NCBI GenBank assembly: GCA_036498225.1
Contig: DASYFU010000175.1
Span: forward strand, 1 to 25,663
DNA from: Gaiellaceae bacterium
GTDB lineage: Bacteria; Actinomycetota; Thermoleophilia; Gaiellales; Gaiellaceae
DNA: 25,663 bases
Direction: 5' to 3'
The position numbers and the translations under genes are program-made. Positions within the stretch are counted from its first letter, which is position 1. The number at the start of each line of letters is the position of its first letter. The notes under the pieces are model-generated. The model saw nothing but the letters and a program-made list of their open reading frames with translations, was not told the DNA's origin and ran no database searches. Positions 23,763 to 25,663 of the stretch are shown here, one piece after another.

Positions 23763-25444
23763 GCGTGACCACATCGCGCGTCGAAGCGCTGTGCGGCGAC
23801 CTGTCGCGCATCCGCGCGCCGCGGGGGACGGAGCTGAACGCGCGCCAGTGGTCGACCGAGGCGCCGCTGCGCATGCTCCTGAACAACCTCGACGCCGAGG
23901 TGGCCGAGAAGCCGGAGGAGTTGATCGTCTACGGCGGCTCGGGAAAGGCCGCGCGCAATCACGACGCGTTGCGCGCGATCGTCGCGACGCTGCTCGAGCT
24001 CGCGCCCGACGAGACGCTGCTCGTCCAGTCGGGCAAGCCGGTCGGCGTCATGACGACGCACGAAGGCGCGCCGCGCGTGCTCATCGCGAACTCGCTGCTC
24101 GTTCCACGCTGGGCGACCTGGGACGAGTTCCGCCGCCTCGAGGCGCTCGGCCTGACGATGTTCGGGCAGATGACCGCGGGCTCGTGGATCTACATCGGGA
24201 CGCAGGGCATCCTGCAGGGGACGTATCAGACGTTCGCGGCCGCGGCGGAGAAGCACTTCGGCGAGCCGGATCTACGCGGGCGGACGATCCTGACGGCCGG
24301 CCTCGGCGGCATGGGCGGTGCGCAGCCGCTCGCGGGAACGATGGCGGGCGCGGCGATCCTGTGCGTCGAGGTCGATCCGCATCGCATCGAGCGTCGCCTC
24401 GAGACGCGCTACCTCGACGAGGCGACGGAGTCACTCGACGACGCGCTCGCGCGCGTTCGCGCCGCGGCCGCGGAGAAACGCGCGCTCTCGGTCGGCCTGC
24501 TCGGGAACGCCGCCGACGTCGTGCCTCGCCTCGCCGCGCGCGGTGAGCATTTCGACCTCGTCACCGACCAGACCGCCGCGCACGATCCGCTCAACGGCTA
24601 CGTCCCGCGCGGGCACTCGGTCGATGAGGCTGACGAGCTGCGCGCGTCCGATCCGGACGAGTACCTGCGCCTCGCGCGCGCGTCGATCGCAGCGCACGTC
24701 GAGGGGATGCTCGAGTACGTCCGGCGCGGTGCGTATGTTTTCGATTATGGCAACAACCTTCGAGGTGAGGCCCGTGAAGCCGGCGTAGAGGAGGCCTTCT
24801 CATACCCGGGCTTCGTCCCGGCCTATATCCGGCCGCTGTTCTGTCGCGGGATCGGGCCGTTTCGCTGGGCAGCGCTGTCCGGGGACCCGACCGACATCGC
24901 GGCGATCGACGCGGAACTGCGCGGGTTGTTCCCGGACGACGCGTTGCTCCAGCGCTGGCTCGAGCTCGCGCCCGGACGCGTCGCGTTCCAGGGGCTGCCC
25001 GCGCGGATCTGCTGGCTCGGCTACGGCGACCGCGCGAAAGCCGGTCTCGCGATCAACGAGCTCGTGCGGAGCGGCGCGGTGAGGGCGCCGGTGGTGATCG
25101 GGCGCGACCACCTGGACGCAGGATCCGTGGCGTCGCCGTATCGCGAGACCGAGGCGATGCGCGACGGCTCGGACGCGATCGCGGACTGGCCGATCCTGAA
25201 CGCGCTCGTCAACGTCGCCGCGGGAGCGACGTGGGTGAGCGTGCATCACGGCGGCGGGGTCGGGATCGGCAACGCGATCCATGCCGGGATGGTCGTCGTC
25301 GCGGATGGCACCGACGCGCAGGCGGAACGGCTCGAGCGCGTGCTGACCACCGACCCGGGCACGGGCGTGATGCGGCACGCCGACGCGGGTTATCCGGAGG
25401 CGATCGAGGCCGCTGAGGCGGGCGGCCTGAAGATCCCTTCGTGA
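23759..25444 (+). CDS. hutU: Urocanate hydratase
   Basis: [77 protein letters not shown]. Confidence 0.97.
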   Translation: MSVTTSRVEALCGDLSRIRAPRGTELNARQWSTEAPLRMLLNNLDAEVAEKPEELIVYGGSGKAARNHDALRAIVATLLELAPDETLLVQSGKPVGVMTTHEGAPRVLIANSLLVPRWATWDEFRRLEALGLTMFGQMTAGSWIYIGTQGILQGTYQTFAAAAEKHFGEPDLRGRTILTAGLGGMGGAQPLAGTMAGAAILCVEVDPHRIERRLETRYLDEATESLDDALARVRAAAAEKRALSVGLLGNAADVVPRLAARGEHFDLVTDQTAAHDPLNGYVPRGHSVDEADELRASDPDEYLRLARASIAAHVEGMLEYVRRGAYVFDYGNNLRGEAREAGVEEAFSYPGFVPAYIRPLFCRGIGPFRWAALSGDPTDIAAIDAELRGLFPDDALLQRWLELAPGRVAFQGLPARICWLGYGDRAKAGLAINELVRSGAVRAPVVIGRDHLDAGSVASPYRETEAMRDGSDAIADWPILNALVNVAAGATWVSVHHGGGVGIGNAIHAGMVVVADGTDAQAERLERVLTTDPGTGVMRHADAGYPEAIEAAEAGGLKIPS

Positions 25445-25663
25445 GGCTGCTCCTTCGCAATCTGGCCCAGCTCGCGACTCCGGCCGGCACGCATGCGCCA
25501 CTCCGTGGGGCGGCGCTCGGCGACGTCCAGGTGCTCGAGGACGCCTTCCTCCTGTGCAGCGGGGACATGATCGATGCCGTCGGGCGGATGAGCGCGTTGC
25601 GTGCGCTCGAGGACGACGTCGTCGAAGTCGACTGTCGCGGGCTGTGTGCGGTCCCCGGCCTCG
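25441..25663 (+). CDS. hutI: Probable imidazolonepropionase, N-terminal fragment (runs off window)
   Basis: GTGA coupling to hutU; reads [14 protein letters not shown]...LRG...[14 protein letters not shown], a typical amidohydrolase N-terminus just before the D-x-H-x-H motif. Confidence 0.82.
   Translation, partial: MRLLLRNLAQLATPAGTHAPLRGAALGDVQVLEDAFLLCSGDMIDAVGRMSALRALEDDVVEVDCRGLCAVPGL

Noticed and set aside
21045-23774. 909-aa ORF antisense to hisF-hisIE-hutH
   Set aside because: Mostly in codon register with hisIE and hutH, where antisense stops need the rare TTA/CTA/TCA codons; low-complexity R/A/G-rich translation with no motifs. High-GC shadow ORF.
1060-25568. Dozens of other overlapping ORFs in the track (e.g. 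1380-2447, 1823-3310, 5141-6343, 12821-14236, 14473-16002, 17767-19107) and upstream extensions of moxR, M48, hisD, hisC, hisIE and hutU
   Set aside because: Arg/Ala/Pro-rich, motif-free and fully overlapping recognisable genes; expected at about 70% GC.
1-25663. CRISPR array, IS elements, rRNA, defence or toxin-antitoxin genes
   Set aside because: No spaced direct repeats, transposase motifs, terminal inverted repeats or recognisable domains; abundant GCGC/CGCG runs reflect base composition.

Overview
High-GC, extremely gene-dense bacterial chromosome segment. The GC-skewed codon style and gene content suggest an actinobacterium, possibly Thermoleophilia/Gaiellales (inference only). Left to right: (1) the 3' end of a tyrosine integrase running convergently into tRNA-Glu(CTC), i.e. 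the edge of an integrated element lying left of the window; (2) a minus-strand MoxR/DUF58/DUF4129-type operon; (3) a YdbS/YdbT-like PH-domain pair and tRNA-Gln(CTG); (4) an HD-superfamily protein whose HD motif reads HC; (5) a DUF4389-M48 peptidase-RDD membrane operon; (6) a heterodimeric ABC exporter, a UDG-superfamily gene and DUF4395; (7) a ~10.4 kb histidine supercluster joining biosynthesis (hisA divergent from a TrpR-like YerC/HisR regulator-hisG-hisD-fused hisC/hisB-hisH-hisF-hisIE) with catabolism (formimidoyltransferase, hutH-hutU-hutI). Strongest leads: the hisA/hisR intergenic space is exactly one 20-bp palindrome, apparently operator and bidirectional leaderless promoter at once; HisC is fused in frame to imidazoleglycerol-phosphate dehydratase; HisD is strongly shortened but keeps its catalytic residues; both catabolic units begin at a -10 element built from the upstream gene's TAG stop; and the integrase stop codon is the antisense of the tRNA anticodon loop. 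All family assignments come from motif recognition by eye; no searches were run.
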